In this document: positions 10,050-20,159 of the stretch, piece after piece
Position numbering within the stretch: position 1 is the first letter of the stretch
How the letters are laid out: each line of letters begins with the position of its first letter
NCBI GenBank assembly: GCA_965222225.1
Contig: CBDCTK010000002.1
Coordinates: forward strand, 2,944,001 to 3,008,000
Reading direction: 5' to 3'
Length of the DNA stretch: 64,000 nt
DNA from: Candidatus Poribacteria bacterium
GTDB lineage: Bacteria; Poribacteria; WGA-4E; JAJDTR01
Position numbers and translations under genes: made by a program
The notes under the pieces: model-generated
The model's database searches: none
Told to the model about the DNA's origin: nothing
What the model saw: only the letters and a program-made list of their open reading frames with translations

Positions 10050-13000
10050 TTGGCGAATCCTTTCTTCGATCAGCCCATCCTCAACTCGCCCTACGAGCCC
10101 CCAAGCCGTCATTGGGAGCTGGATGCGTCGGGACAGCCAACCCAGAATAGAATAGACAACCGAAGGCGGGCAGAATTCATCACGCCGGTGCCCAAGCCGA
10201 AGAAGCGAAGGCGATCCTCCTCTAAACAAACGGACATCATATTCGACGAAGGAAAGGGACTTTCAACTCAGCAGCAGCAGTACCACACGGCGATTATCAA
10301 TGAGGTGCGCCAATTCGTTGACCAGTGGCGAAACATCCCGAACTCGAACCAATGGCAGGTGACGCCCGAGACTGCGCTCTTGCTTCAGCATTGGCGGCAC
10401 CATCAATTCAGCGGTATCCGACCCTTTTTCTGCCAAGTCGAAGCCATGGAAACCGTCATCTGGCTCACCGAGGTTGCGCCGCGCATGAGTCAAGTCGGGA
10501 AGCGCTTCCTTGACCACCTCAAGAACGCCAACAACGACGCCAATCCGGAGCTATCACGGCTGGCGCTCAAGCTGGCAACGGGCGCCGGAAAGACCACGGT
10601 CATGGCGATGTTAATCGCTTGGCAGACAGTCAACGCCGCACGGCGTCCGCAGAGTGGAAGGTTCACGCGCGGTTTCCTTGTGGTTACCCCCGGCATCACC
10701 ATCAAGGACCGGCTGCGTGTGCTGCAGCCCAACGATCCGGACAGTTATTACCGGAGCCGCGAGTTGTTGCCAAGCGACATGCTTCCCGACTTGGAAAAGG
10801 CGAAGATTGTCATCACGAACTACCACGCCTTTAAGTTGCGCGAACGTACGGAACTCTCCAAGGGCGGCCGCGCACTGCTTCAAGGACGAGGGCAGCCCAT
10901 CACGACCCTGGAAACCGAGGGACAGATGCTGCAACGGGCGATGCCCGAACTCATGGGAATTAAGAATCTCATGGTTCTCAACGATGAAGCGCATCACTGC
11001 TACCGCGAGAAGCCGGGCGAGCCGGACGAGGAAAAACTCACGGCGGATGACAGGCAGGAAGCCAAGAAGAACGCGGAAGCAGCCCGCCTCTGGATTTCGG
11101 GGCTAGAGATGGTGGGCAAAAGGCTCGGCATCAACCGCGTGATGGATCTCTCGGCAACGCCGTTTTTCCTGCGCGGCTCAGGCTATGCCGAGGGCACCTT
11201 GTTCCCTTGGACGATGAGCGACTTCTCGCTCATGGATGCCATCGAATGCGGGATTGTCAAGCTGCCGCGGGTGCCGGTAGCGGACAATATCCCCGGCGGC
11301 GAGATGCCCAAGTTTCGCGAGTTGTGGAAAAACATAAGCGCCGACATGCCGAAGAAGGGGCGGGGCAAATCCAAAGATCTCGATCCGCTGAGTCTGCCGG
11401 CGGTACTCCAAACGGCGCTTGAGGCGCTGTACGGGCACTACGCCAACACCTTCGAACTCATGCAAAAGGCGAAGATAGATGTCCCGCCCTGCTTTATTGT
11501 CGTTTGCAACAACACGTCGACATCCAAGCTGGTCTACGACTACATTTCCGGTTTCCACCGTGAAAACGATGATGGCTCAACAACCTTGGTAGACGGGCGA
11601 CTCGAACTGTTTCGTAACTATGACGAGTACGGCAACCAGTACGCCCGACCGCGTACACTGTTAATCGACAGCGAACAGTTGGAATCCGGCGACGCACTAG
11701 ACAAAAACTTCCGCAAGATGGCGAGCGACGAGATTGAGCGCTTTCGGAGGGAGATTATCGAGCGCACCGGCAATCGCGAAGCGGCGGACAAAATCACGGA
11801 CCAAGAACTCCTGCGCGAAGTGATGAACACGGTAGGCAAACCGGGAACTCTCGGGGATTCGATTCGCTGCGTGGTTTCGGTGTCCATGCTCACCGAGGGA
11901 TGGGATGCCAACACCGTCAGCCACGTGCTCGGCGTTCGCGCTTTTGGTACACAGTTGCTCTGCGAGCAGGTTGTCGGTCGGGCGCTGCGCCGCCAATCCT
12001 ACGATCTCAATGATGCTGGTTTATTCGACGTGGAGTACGCAGACGTATTGGGGATACCCTTCGACTTTACAGCGAGACCCGTTCCTGTCATACCCAAGCC
12101 ACCTAAGCCAACTATTCAGGTGAAGGCGATGCGGCCCGAGCGGGATGCGCTTGAAGTTCGATTCCCGCGGGTAGCGGGTTATCGTGTAGAGTTGCCCGAG
12201 GAGCGGCTCAACGCCGAATACAACGACGACTCGGTGCTGACACTCACTCCAGAACTTGTCGGTCCGTCGATAACGAGGAACGAAGGAATTATCGGCGAGG
12301 GCGTCGATCTCAATCTGATTCACACCGGCGACCTCCGCCCCTCGACGCTATTGTTTAAGCTCACGCAGCGGTTAATCTTTACGAAGTGGCGGGATACGGG
12401 CGAAGAACCAAAACCCCATCTCTTTAATCAACTCAAGCGCATCACAAAGAGGTGGCTCGACGGTTATCTCGTCTGCAAGGGGGGAACCTATCCCGCCCAA
12501 CTCATGTACCAAGAGTTGGCTGACATGGCATGCGAGCGCATAACGGCTGCCATCACACGAAAGGAAATCGGCAGGCGTCCCGTCAAAACGGTGCTCGACC
12601 CCTACAACCCTACCGGCTCCACCGCCCACGTCAGTTTCAGCACCTCCAAGACAGACCGCTATAAAACGGATTCTCGCCGCTGCCACATCAACTGGGTCAT
12701 TCTTGATAGCGACTGGGAGGCGGAGTTCTGCCGCGTGGCGGAATCCCATCCGCGCGTCAAAGCCTACGTCAAGAATCACAACCTCGGTCTTGATGTGCCC
12801 TACCGTTACGGGTCGGCCACGCGGACGTACCTACCGGACTTTATCGTCCTCGTCGATGATGGGCACGGCGAGGACGACCTCTTGCGCCTCATCGTTGAGA
12901 TTAAAGGTTATCGCGGAGAGGACGCCAAGGACAAGAAATCCACGATGGAAACGTACTGGGTTCCCGGCGTAAATCTCCACGGCAGCTACGGGCGCTGGGC

Positions 13001-13106
13001 GTTTGCCGAATTCACGGATGTTTACGAGATTGAATCGGACTTTGAAGCCAAGGTGGAGGCAGAGTTCAACAAAATGATTGAGGAACACGTCAATCTGTGT
13101 AGTTAA
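10050..13106 (+). CDS. res: Type III restriction endonuclease Res subunit (BPTD_3080-like)
   Basis: ATGAGKT Walker A, DEAHH, LSATP, EGWD, EQVVGRALR and C-terminal YLPDF...VEIKG nuclease motif. Confidence 0.9.
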   Translation: MANPFFDQPILNSPYEPPSRHWELDASGQPTQNRIDNRRRAEFITPVPKPKKRRRSSSKQTDIIFDEGKGLSTQQQQYHTAIINEVRQFVDQWRNIPNSNQWQVTPETALLLQHWRHHQFSGIRPFFCQVEAMETVIWLTEVAPRMSQVGKRFLDHLKNANNDANPELSRLALKLATGAGKTTVMAMLIAWQTVNAARRPQSGRFTRGFLVVTPGITIKDRLRVLQPNDPDSYYRSRELLPSDMLPDLEKAKIVITNYHAFKLRERTELSKGGRALLQGRGQPITTLETEGQMLQRAMPELMGIKNLMVLNDEAHHCYREKPGEPDEEKLTADDRQEAKKNAEAARLWISGLEMVGKRLGINRVMDLSATPFFLRGSGYAEGTLFPWTMSDFSLMDAIECGIVKLPRVPVADNIPGGEMPKFRELWKNISADMPKKGRGKSKDLDPLSLPAVLQTALEALYGHYANTFELMQKAKIDVPPCFIVVCNNTSTSKLVYDYISGFHRENDDGSTTLVDGRLELFRNYDEYGNQYARPRTLLIDSEQLESGDALDKNFRKMASDEIERFRREIIERTGNREAADKITDQELLREVMNTVGKPGTLGDSIRCVVSVSMLTEGWDANTVSHVLGVRAFGTQLLCEQVVGRALRRQSYDLNDAGLFDVEYADVLGIPFDFTARPVPVIPKPPKPTIQVKAMRPERDALEVRFPRVAGYRVELPEERLNAEYNDDSVLTLTPELVGPSITRNEGIIGEGVDLNLIHTGDLRPSTLLFKLTQRLIFTKWRDTGEEPKPHLFNQLKRITKRWLDGYLVCKGGTYPAQLMYQELADMACERITAAITRKEIGRRPVKTVLDPYNPTGSTAHVSFSTSKTDRYKTDSRRCHINWVILDSDWEAEFCRVAESHPRVKAYVKNHNLGLDVPYRYGSATRTYLPDFIVLVDDGHGEDDLLRLIVEIKGYRGEDAKDKKSTMETYWVPGVNLHGSYGRWAFAEFTDVYEIESDFEAKVEAEFNKMIEEHVNLCS

Positions 13107-13195
13107 CCTGAGGGAAGCAGTTAGCTGTAGGGTGGGCACTGCCCACCATCTTCAAACCACAATCTCTCGGTCATTCGTCAGAAACTAGGTGAGTC

Positions 13196-14359
13196 ATGAG
13201 TGGTCGACGCTTACAAATAACATTGCAGCCTGACGTGTTGCGTTGGGCGCGAGAACGAGCCAAACTTCAGCCCGAAGAATTGGCGAACAAGATGGGCGTG
13301 AAACGGCATGAGCGCGTGTTGGAATGGGAGCGCGATGGGAAGATTAGCGTTGCACAGGTAGACAAACTCGCCAAATGCACCTATACGCCGTTGGGGTTTC
13401 TATATTCGAAAGAACCGCCTGACGAGCGCTTGCCAATCGCCGACTTCCGATCTCGAGAGGGCACTCCGCCACCTAGCCCCGACCTGCTTGATACCGTCTA
13501 TTTGATGCAGCGGCGGCAAGGATGGATGCGCGATGAACTTATTAAGGACGGCGTTGAGCCGCTGGATTTTGTCGGGGCTTACGGGTTGGATTCCCAGCCT
13601 CGGCACGTTGCAAGCGCCATGCGCGAGGCGCTCCAACTTCCCAATGGATGGGCACAGGCGGAAGGGACCAAAAGTGACGCTCTTAGGCGTCTGCGAAGCC
13701 GATTTGATGCCGCAGGCGTGTTGGTTTGTTTTAACGGCGTGGTGGGCAACAACACGCGCCGAAAGTTAGATCCAAAGGAATTTCAGGGTTTTGCGCTTGC
13801 TGATGAGTATGCCCCTCTTATCTTCGTGAATAATGCGGATTTCAGAGCTGCACAAATCTTCACCCTAGCTCACGAACTAGCTCATCTCTTCATTGCCAAG
13901 ACTGGTGTCTCTACTCTTGAAGCCCTTCAACCGTCCCCAGATGATACCGAGAAGTTCTGTGACAAAGCTGCGCCGGAATTTCTGGTGCCAGCGGAAGAAT
14001 TACGTGCGTTCTGGTCTCTGTCCGGAACGAATAATCCTTTGCAAGCTGTTGCTACCAAGTTCAAAGTGAGTTCCATTGTGGCCGCTCGCCGGGCGCTTGA
14101 CCTCAAGTTAATCAGTACGGATACTTTCTTCAACTTCTATAGAGCGAATGCCAAAGAATGGGACGGCAATCAGCCGCGTGAAGATGACGGTAGAAACTTC
14201 TGGAATACGCAGAAATGGCGGATAGGGCCCCGATTTTCCACAGCAATTGTACGAGCGGTCAAAGAAGAGCGCACGCTCTATCGCGAGGCGTACAACCTCA
14301 CCGGTCTGTGGGGAGACACCTTTGAAAACATTCCGGGAAAGATGGGGATGGTGTTGTGA
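13196..14359 (+). CDS. XRE-HTH + ImmA/IrrE zinc metallopeptidase
   Basis: N-terminal HTH and FTLAHELAH (HExxH). Confidence 0.88.
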   Translation: MSGRRLQITLQPDVLRWARERAKLQPEELANKMGVKRHERVLEWERDGKISVAQVDKLAKCTYTPLGFLYSKEPPDERLPIADFRSREGTPPPSPDLLDTVYLMQRRQGWMRDELIKDGVEPLDFVGAYGLDSQPRHVASAMREALQLPNGWAQAEGTKSDALRRLRSRFDAAGVLVCFNGVVGNNTRRKLDPKEFQGFALADEYAPLIFVNNADFRAAQIFTLAHELAHLFIAKTGVSTLEALQPSPDDTEKFCDKAAPEFLVPAEELRAFWSLSGTNNPLQAVATKFKVSSIVAARRALDLKLISTDTFFNFYRANAKEWDGNQPREDDGRNFWNTQKWRIGPRFSTAIVRAVKEERTLYREAYNLTGLWGDTFENIPGKMGMVL

Positions 14360-14918
14360 TGAACCGAGTGTGTAGGTTGGGTTGAACGGAAATCTCATGA
14401 AAAATTACATGCAGCAGTTGGGTTTCGCTATACTTTTTCACTCAAGCAGGGCATCGGAAAGTAGAGCGCTGCTTGGAAGCTTGATAGAACTTGGTTGTTG
14501 ACTGCTTAACCTAACCTATGCCGCTGGTCTTAGAGGTGGCACTTTTTAAAACATTTCTTATACGATGGATCAATCGGGGAAAATAGTGTACACTACATAA
14601 GAACATTCTCCGTTCTATGGATTTAGTAAGAAGCCCCTTGATGCCGACGAGAGCCTATTTAAAGTCGTGCATCAGCGCGCTATGTTGGAGCAGACAGCCG
14701 CAGAAGATTTAATGTGGAGCAAGAATTATGGTCGCAGCGAACTGGAGACCCCTAGACCACGGGAGTTTTGCCTTCGCTGCAGGGCAGCATATTCGTCGTA
14801 GGACAAAGGTATACCCGGGTAACAAAATGAGTTTTAGAATCCTTCGCAATATCAATGTTGTTGTTTGCCGTATTTTACATAAACCTGTCCCGGCTATTTC
14901 TTGGAAGATAAGGAGTCA

Positions 14919-15719
14919 ATGGTTCTTATGAAGCCACAGATCATAGCCTTCGAAAATCCACCAGTCAATGAAGTTGTGGTATCAACCTATTTTGATCCAC
15001 CATTATCTGACTTCCGCAACGAGCATATCGGCCTGTTCTGGGGAATAATAAAGGACGAATTTCCTAACGTGCACCAGCGGATTCCAGTGGGATTCGCACC
15101 AGAGGTCATTGATAACGAGTTTCCAATGCCCAGGTACTGGTTTATCTCGGAGAATGAAACAAACTTAATTCAGATTCAACAAAATGCCTTTATGTTTAAC
15201 TGGCGGCGTAGACACGAGGAGAGATATCCGCGCTTTCACAGGACTATCAAGCCGACATTTGACAAATACTACGGTATTTTCAGCGAATTTGCCCGAACGC
15301 AAGCCAACGTCACTGACCTTACTATTAGCCGTTGTGAATTGGGATACATTAATATTCTAGAAACGTTTGAGTTGTGGAAAGGACCGCAAGATACGACAAA
15401 GGTCATCCCGTCATTCTCGTTTCTAGAAGTTGGTATCAACAATGCCGTGCCTCAGGGATTCAATTCCAATTACATTTACAACGTAGAAACTGATTTGCAG
15501 ATTAACATTGGTATACGAGCTGTAACTAAAGTACAGGAACGAGGATCCCCGGTGCTGATATTTGAAATTAGAGCGATTGGTAACTTCGGGCAGGTTGCAC
15601 AACCAGCAACGGATGAATGGTTCGAGCGTGCTCATGGGGCCATTAAAAATTGCTTTCTTGGTATGACAAGTTCCGAGATTCAGAATCGCTTTTGGAAACC
15701 CGTGGAGGAAATGCAATGA
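14919..15719 (+). CDS. TIGR04255-family protein
   Basis: FENPPVNEVV N-terminus, RYWFIS...LIQIQ, YPRF, ELGYIN and WFERAH; AGGAG RBS. Confidence 0.8.
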   Translation: MVLMKPQIIAFENPPVNEVVVSTYFDPPLSDFRNEHIGLFWGIIKDEFPNVHQRIPVGFAPEVIDNEFPMPRYWFISENETNLIQIQQNAFMFNWRRRHEERYPRFHRTIKPTFDKYYGIFSEFARTQANVTDLTISRCELGYINILETFELWKGPQDTTKVIPSFSFLEVGINNAVPQGFNSNYIYNVETDLQINIGIRAVTKVQERGSPVLIFEIRAIGNFGQVAQPATDEWFERAHGAIKNCFLGMTSSEIQNRFWKPVEEMQ

Positions 15720-16555
15720 ATACGGAAGCAACTGCTACTGACGAAGATTATCGACTACTTGCATCCTTGATGGATTTCGGCTCCACTTCGACCTCAGACC
15801 CAAATTGGGACTGGATTCCGCCAAGTCCCCGTCCCATTTTCTTCGATACTGATGCTGAAACACATACCGATTGGTCGTTTAGTGGCGTTGTCGGTGAATC
15901 TTCTGACATAGTTACAGATGATTTGAACCGCCCAACTAGCCGGGAAAATATGTTGGCGGCCGAGCCTAAAGCACGGATGCCAAAGGTGCGGTTAACGAAA
16001 ATGTCCTATATTGTCCTATTCGGCGCATTACGTAGCAATGCGCAGTTCAATAATTCTGCTATGAGCAAGATGTTAGCGTGGAGCGACTGGACATCCGTTA
16101 ACCACAGACCTCCCCCATCCGTCTATGATATGACTGCCCTAACCGGTCTGCAAGTGCAATTAATGCCTAAAGCTACAGAAAAACAGAGAGAATTTCAGCA
16201 AGTTTGGCAAGCTTATAAGGTCCGAATCGAGTATTTGCGTAGCGAAGCCGAACTTGATGGTATCACTGTGAACGAGGCGTCCGAAAGGGATTTTTGGTCA
16301 TTCTTCAGATCAATGCCATTCTTACGCAAATCGGGCGTAATACTCATGGACAACGGTAATCTGCGCGCTGTTTGGCGCGGCGAACACAAAAGTCGACTGG
16401 GCCTTCAGTTTCTAGGAGATCAATCGGTAGAGTTTGTTATCTTCAAGCGCCGTCAGGCTGCCAAAGAGGTTTCGAGAGCGGCTGGGTTCGACACGCTAAA
16501 TGGGTTCAAGAAACAGATCCATGCTTTCGATCTCAAGACATTGGTGTACACATGA
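15716..16555 (+). CDS. Hypothetical protein (acidic, disorder-prone N-terminus; folded C-terminus)
   Basis: ATGA overlaps with both neighbouring genes; GGAGG RBS. Confidence 0.65.
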   Translation: MNTEATATDEDYRLLASLMDFGSTSTSDPNWDWIPPSPRPIFFDTDAETHTDWSFSGVVGESSDIVTDDLNRPTSRENMLAAEPKARMPKVRLTKMSYIVLFGALRSNAQFNNSAMSKMLAWSDWTSVNHRPPPSVYDMTALTGLQVQLMPKATEKQREFQQVWQAYKVRIEYLRSEAELDGITVNEASERDFWSFFRSMPFLRKSGVILMDNGNLRAVWRGEHKSRLGLQFLGDQSVEFVIFKRRQAAKEVSRAAGFDTLNGFKKQIHAFDLKTLVYT

Positions 16556-17028
16556 TCGGAGACGAACTGCCCGACGATGCGCACGTAGTCCGCTATGTCA
16601 AGTCATCGTGGATTAGCGACGAAGATGGTAGTATAGATGGTGAGGCATTCCGATTGAAATCAAATGAAAGCGGTCTCTCCGTTAACTGGTTGGAATGGTT
16701 TGGAAACTGTACCAAAGCACAGCAACTAAATGGGGTAAGGCGGCTCTACCGGTTGGAGATGCGAAAGAGCGGATGTCTAGCGGAATTAAATGTCGGTGCA
16801 ACAAAGCGATATGTTCTTAAACACACTGCCCTTAAGTTCATCCATGAGCCTTTGCCTGCCGAGAGTATCTATGAGGCAGATCCGTCACATAGTGAGATAA
16901 CAGGGCTACCACCGGGAGATTCTCTTCCGGCCGCACTGCTTGGCGACATGATCGCCGAATCCATATTAGCCACTCATCCGACATTACAACAGGTAATTGA
17001 CAAAATGACAGACATTGAAGACAGATGA
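16552..17028 (+). CDS. Hypothetical protein with possible ADP-ribosyltransferase/RES-like motif pattern
   Basis: VVRY ... AFRL ... GLSVNW ... DPSHSEI; translationally coupled to the upstream gene. Confidence 0.55.
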   Translation: MIGDELPDDAHVVRYVKSSWISDEDGSIDGEAFRLKSNESGLSVNWLEWFGNCTKAQQLNGVRRLYRLEMRKSGCLAELNVGATKRYVLKHTALKFIHEPLPAESIYEADPSHSEITGLPPGDSLPAALLGDMIAESILATHPTLQQVIDKMTDIEDR

Positions 17029-17151
17029 AACGTTTGAGCACACCAACATCACCACGCCCAAGTATTAAATTGTGAGAGTGGAGACCGAGTCCAACAAAAC
17101 AACTAAAGAATACGTTACTCGTTGCGTTGCAATGAACCCGTAGGAAGACCA

Positions 17152-17415
17152 ATGAACAGAGATGAAGTCTTGAAGGTGCTCCGAGCGCATAAAGCGATTC
17201 TTGCACAACGCTTTGGAATCACAAACCTCGCCTTATTCGGCTCAGTGGCGCGTAACGACATGTCCGATGACAGCGACATTGACATCTTGGTTCGTTTTGA
17301 CTGACCGGGAACCTCAAAAGCCTACTTCGGGATGCAGTTTTACTTGGAGGACCTGTTGGGTTGTCCCGTTGATTTGGTCACTGACAAGGCGTTGCGGGTG
17401 GAACTACGTCCCTAA
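17152..17415 (+). pseudogene. Minimal nucleotidyltransferase (MNT antitoxin) pseudogene
   Basis: LFGSVARND...SDIDILV, in-frame TGA at 17302-17304, then the frame continues as YLEDLLGCPVDLVT. No HEPN partner follows. Confidence 0.8.
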
Positions 17416-17533
17416 GGCAATCAATGTGTAGGAACGCTCAGGGAACCCACGGCTGACGTTCTTTCATTGGCACACGACCGTATTTGTCGGACACAGAACG
17501 GGAATTTATGAGCCACAAAGCTTTTTGTTGCCA

Positions 17534-17762
17534 AGTTCGACTTTGTACATTTAAGCGGGATAACGGACGGTGTCAATTAAGCGTTGAAGAAAAGCGGGGG
17601 AGATTTTAACTAGCTGGTCTTTTTGGTTGAACATTGAAAAAGTCGTCAGCGGTTTCTGATATTGTGCAACTTGTCAGGATCTCTATCGCCCTCACTGTGG
17701 GATCTTCTATCGCCTTCGTTATCCACTCAGTTGATCGTTCGGTTGATCCCGCGCTGGGGCTT
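17534..17762 (+). repeat. ~190-bp intergenic block with promoter-like motif and nested hairpin elements; homologous to 36156-36342
   Basis: Colinear similarity with 36156-36342. Its left end also occurs inverted at 9838-9880. Confidence 0.8.
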
Positions 17763-18910
17763 ACAATGGATTAGTTGTGCATAAATGCGGGACAACACCC
17801 GTCTCTTAACTCGCCACTCGCCACTCGCCACTAATTACTGTTTTTCCCACTGAACTATGCCTGCTAAACGCAAAAAGAATACAAAGACCAAGACCGTCGA
17901 AACACTCACACATCCTGACGATAAACGGGCCAACATCCCGACCGCTGAACTCCAGCCGGTGATGGAGGACGATGACCCCGTACCGGTCACCTACGAGCGC
18001 AACCGCGACCTCGATCCCCAATTCGTGTGGCGGGGCAAGGATGAACAGGACTGGTCGAATCTGGTGGTGCAGGCGCCACCGCTTTTCATCCAAGAAAAGG
18101 TGCATCCGAAGGTGCTGATTGACGACCTGATGCGCGACGCGCAGTCCGACCGGGAGGCGCCTAAGGAGCAACTCGACCTGTTCGCGGATTTCAACGGCTT
18201 GCCGAGCGAAGACGCCAAGACGGAGTTCTACCAGCACGACGCCAACTGGTCGAACCGGATGATTCTCGGCGACAGCTTGCGGGTGATGGCATCGCTGGCG
18301 GAGCGCGAAGGGCTGCGCGGAAAGGTGCAGTGCATCTACATCGATCCGCCCTACGGCATCAAGTTCAACTCCAACTTCCAGTGGTCCACCACCAGCCGCG
18401 ACGTTAAGGACGGCAAGGCTGATCACATCACACACGAGCCAGAGCAGGTGAAGGCGTTTCGGGACACCTGGCGCGACGGAATTCACTCCTACCTGACCTA
18501 TCTGCGAGACCGGCTGACTGTGGCGCGTGACTTGCTGACGGAGAGCGGTTCAATCTTTGTGCAGATCGGGGATGAGAATGTGCATCGGGTGAGAGGATTG
18601 ATGGATGAAGTATTTGGGGAAGAGAATTTCTTTGCACAGATCGCTTTTAGAAAGTCTTCTCCTCTTGGTTCTAAGGGGTTGATGGGGATTTATGATGTAT
18701 TGCTGTGGTATTCAAGGGAGCGAAGTGTATCTAAATATCGCCAATTGTTGGTTGATAAGTTATATGGCACAGACGCGCCATTTACTATGGGAGACTTGAA
18801 GTCCTCTGGGTATACCCCTTCGTGTACGTATGACTTTGAATTCAGGGGACAGACCATAAAACTGCAAAGAAAGAGTTGGCGAACGACTGCCGAAGGCATG
18901 AAAAATTTAA

Positions 18911-20159
18911 CGGAATTAGTAGCTTGTAGCTTTTAGACTGACGACAAACATAAAACTTGGTACCCTGTCGTAAATCTTTTCGTCACACGTAGATGTCCAT
19001 AGTGACTATTCTTCTCGTAGGAGTTTGCTATGGACATTTTGAATCTTATGAAAGAGTTTCCAAATCAAGAATCTTGTCTCAGATTTATAGAGGAAAAACG
19101 TTGGAAGGACGGTGTTTGCTGTATCCACTGTGGCAGTGAAAAAGTTGGACGCAAGAACAAAAACGACATTACTACTGGTTGGAATTGCTACGATTGTGAA
19201 TCTAGCTTTTCGGCTACAGCAGGAACCATCTTCCATGGTACCAAGATACCTCTCCAGAAATGGTTTTTGGCTATCTCAATTCTTTCCAATGCCAAGAAAA
19301 GCATATCGAGTTGTCAGCTTGCTCGTGACTTGGACATGAATCAAAAGTCCGCTTGGTATATGGCAATGCGCCTCCGTGAGAAAATGAGTGATAGTGATGA
19401 ATTGCTGAAAGGGATAGTTGAAGCGGACGAAACCTATGTCGGCGGCAAACCCAGAGCAAAATCTAAGAGAGGTAGAGGCACAAATAAATCTCCCGTCATC
19501 GGCGTAGTCGAGAGAGGCGGTCGGGTGGTTGCTAAATTCATGAAGGTTCTATCTGGTGAAAATATCAGAGAATTCATCCTTAGCAATGTCTCACCCGATG
19601 AGTCTATTCTTATGACTGATGAATTTCGCTCTTACAATAGTCTGGACGAAGATATCGAAAGACATGTTATCCATCACCAAGAGAGATATGTTTCTGAGGA
19701 CGGCGTAACTCACACCAACACCATCGAGTCGTTTTGGGCTTGTGTCAAGAGGTCATTCTACGGAACGCATCATCACTACAGCAAGAAGTGGCTGCCACTG
19801 TATATCATGGAGTCTTGCTGGAAATATAATCGCAGAAAAGATGATGAGATTTTCATAAGATTTTTTGATGAATGCTTCACCTGAGCCACATGAATTGTTT
19901 GGCTATCGGTATATTCTGTCAACGACAACATCATGGTGTGCTGAAAATCCCATAGTGTTGGAAATTAAAATCCCGCAGATAACCCGCAATGCTCCCGCGA
20001 GCATGTACAAACGCTTGGTCAACATGATATGCCTCCATTTCTCTCTTATAGAGATGTATTTTAGTGTGAATCAAGATTCCGAACACTGTCTAAAATGATT
20101 GTACATTAAGAAGAGAAAAGCAAGCAAATCGACCAAAAAGCAGTTAACTACTAAGTCCC
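18911..20159 (+). mobile_element. IS1595-family insertion sequence (1249 bp)
   Basis: 8-bp target duplication AAATTTAA at 18903-18910 and 20160-20167; imperfect terminal IRs CGGAATTAGTAGCT / GGGACTTAGTAGTT (reverse complement). Confidence 0.92.
19030..19884 (+). CDS. IS1595-family transposase
   Basis: Zn ribbon CxxC...CxxC, VEADETYVGG, MTDE and HTNTIESFW. Confidence 0.93.
   Translation: MDILNLMKEFPNQESCLRFIEEKRWKDGVCCIHCGSEKVGRKNKNDITTGWNCYDCESSFSATAGTIFHGTKIPLQKWFLAISILSNAKKSISSCQLARDLDMNQKSAWYMAMRLREKMSDSDELLKGIVEADETYVGGKPRAKSKRGRGTNKSPVIGVVERGGRVVAKFMKVLSGENIREFILSNVSPDESILMTDEFRSYNSLDEDIERHVIHHQERYVSEDGVTHTNTIESFWACVKRSFYGTHHHYSKKWLPLYIMESCWKYNRRKDDEIFIRFFDECFT

Noticed and set aside
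14359-14900. Possible DUF4411 partner or other gene after the ImmA/IrrE gene
   Set aside because: Only a few codons (MNRV) precede a REP, and the remaining frames contain stops and no recognisable motifs.
17302-17304. TGA in MNT as selenocysteine
   Set aside because: No Cys context. The position is probably Gly (GGA to TGA), and the gene is also truncated and lacks its partner.
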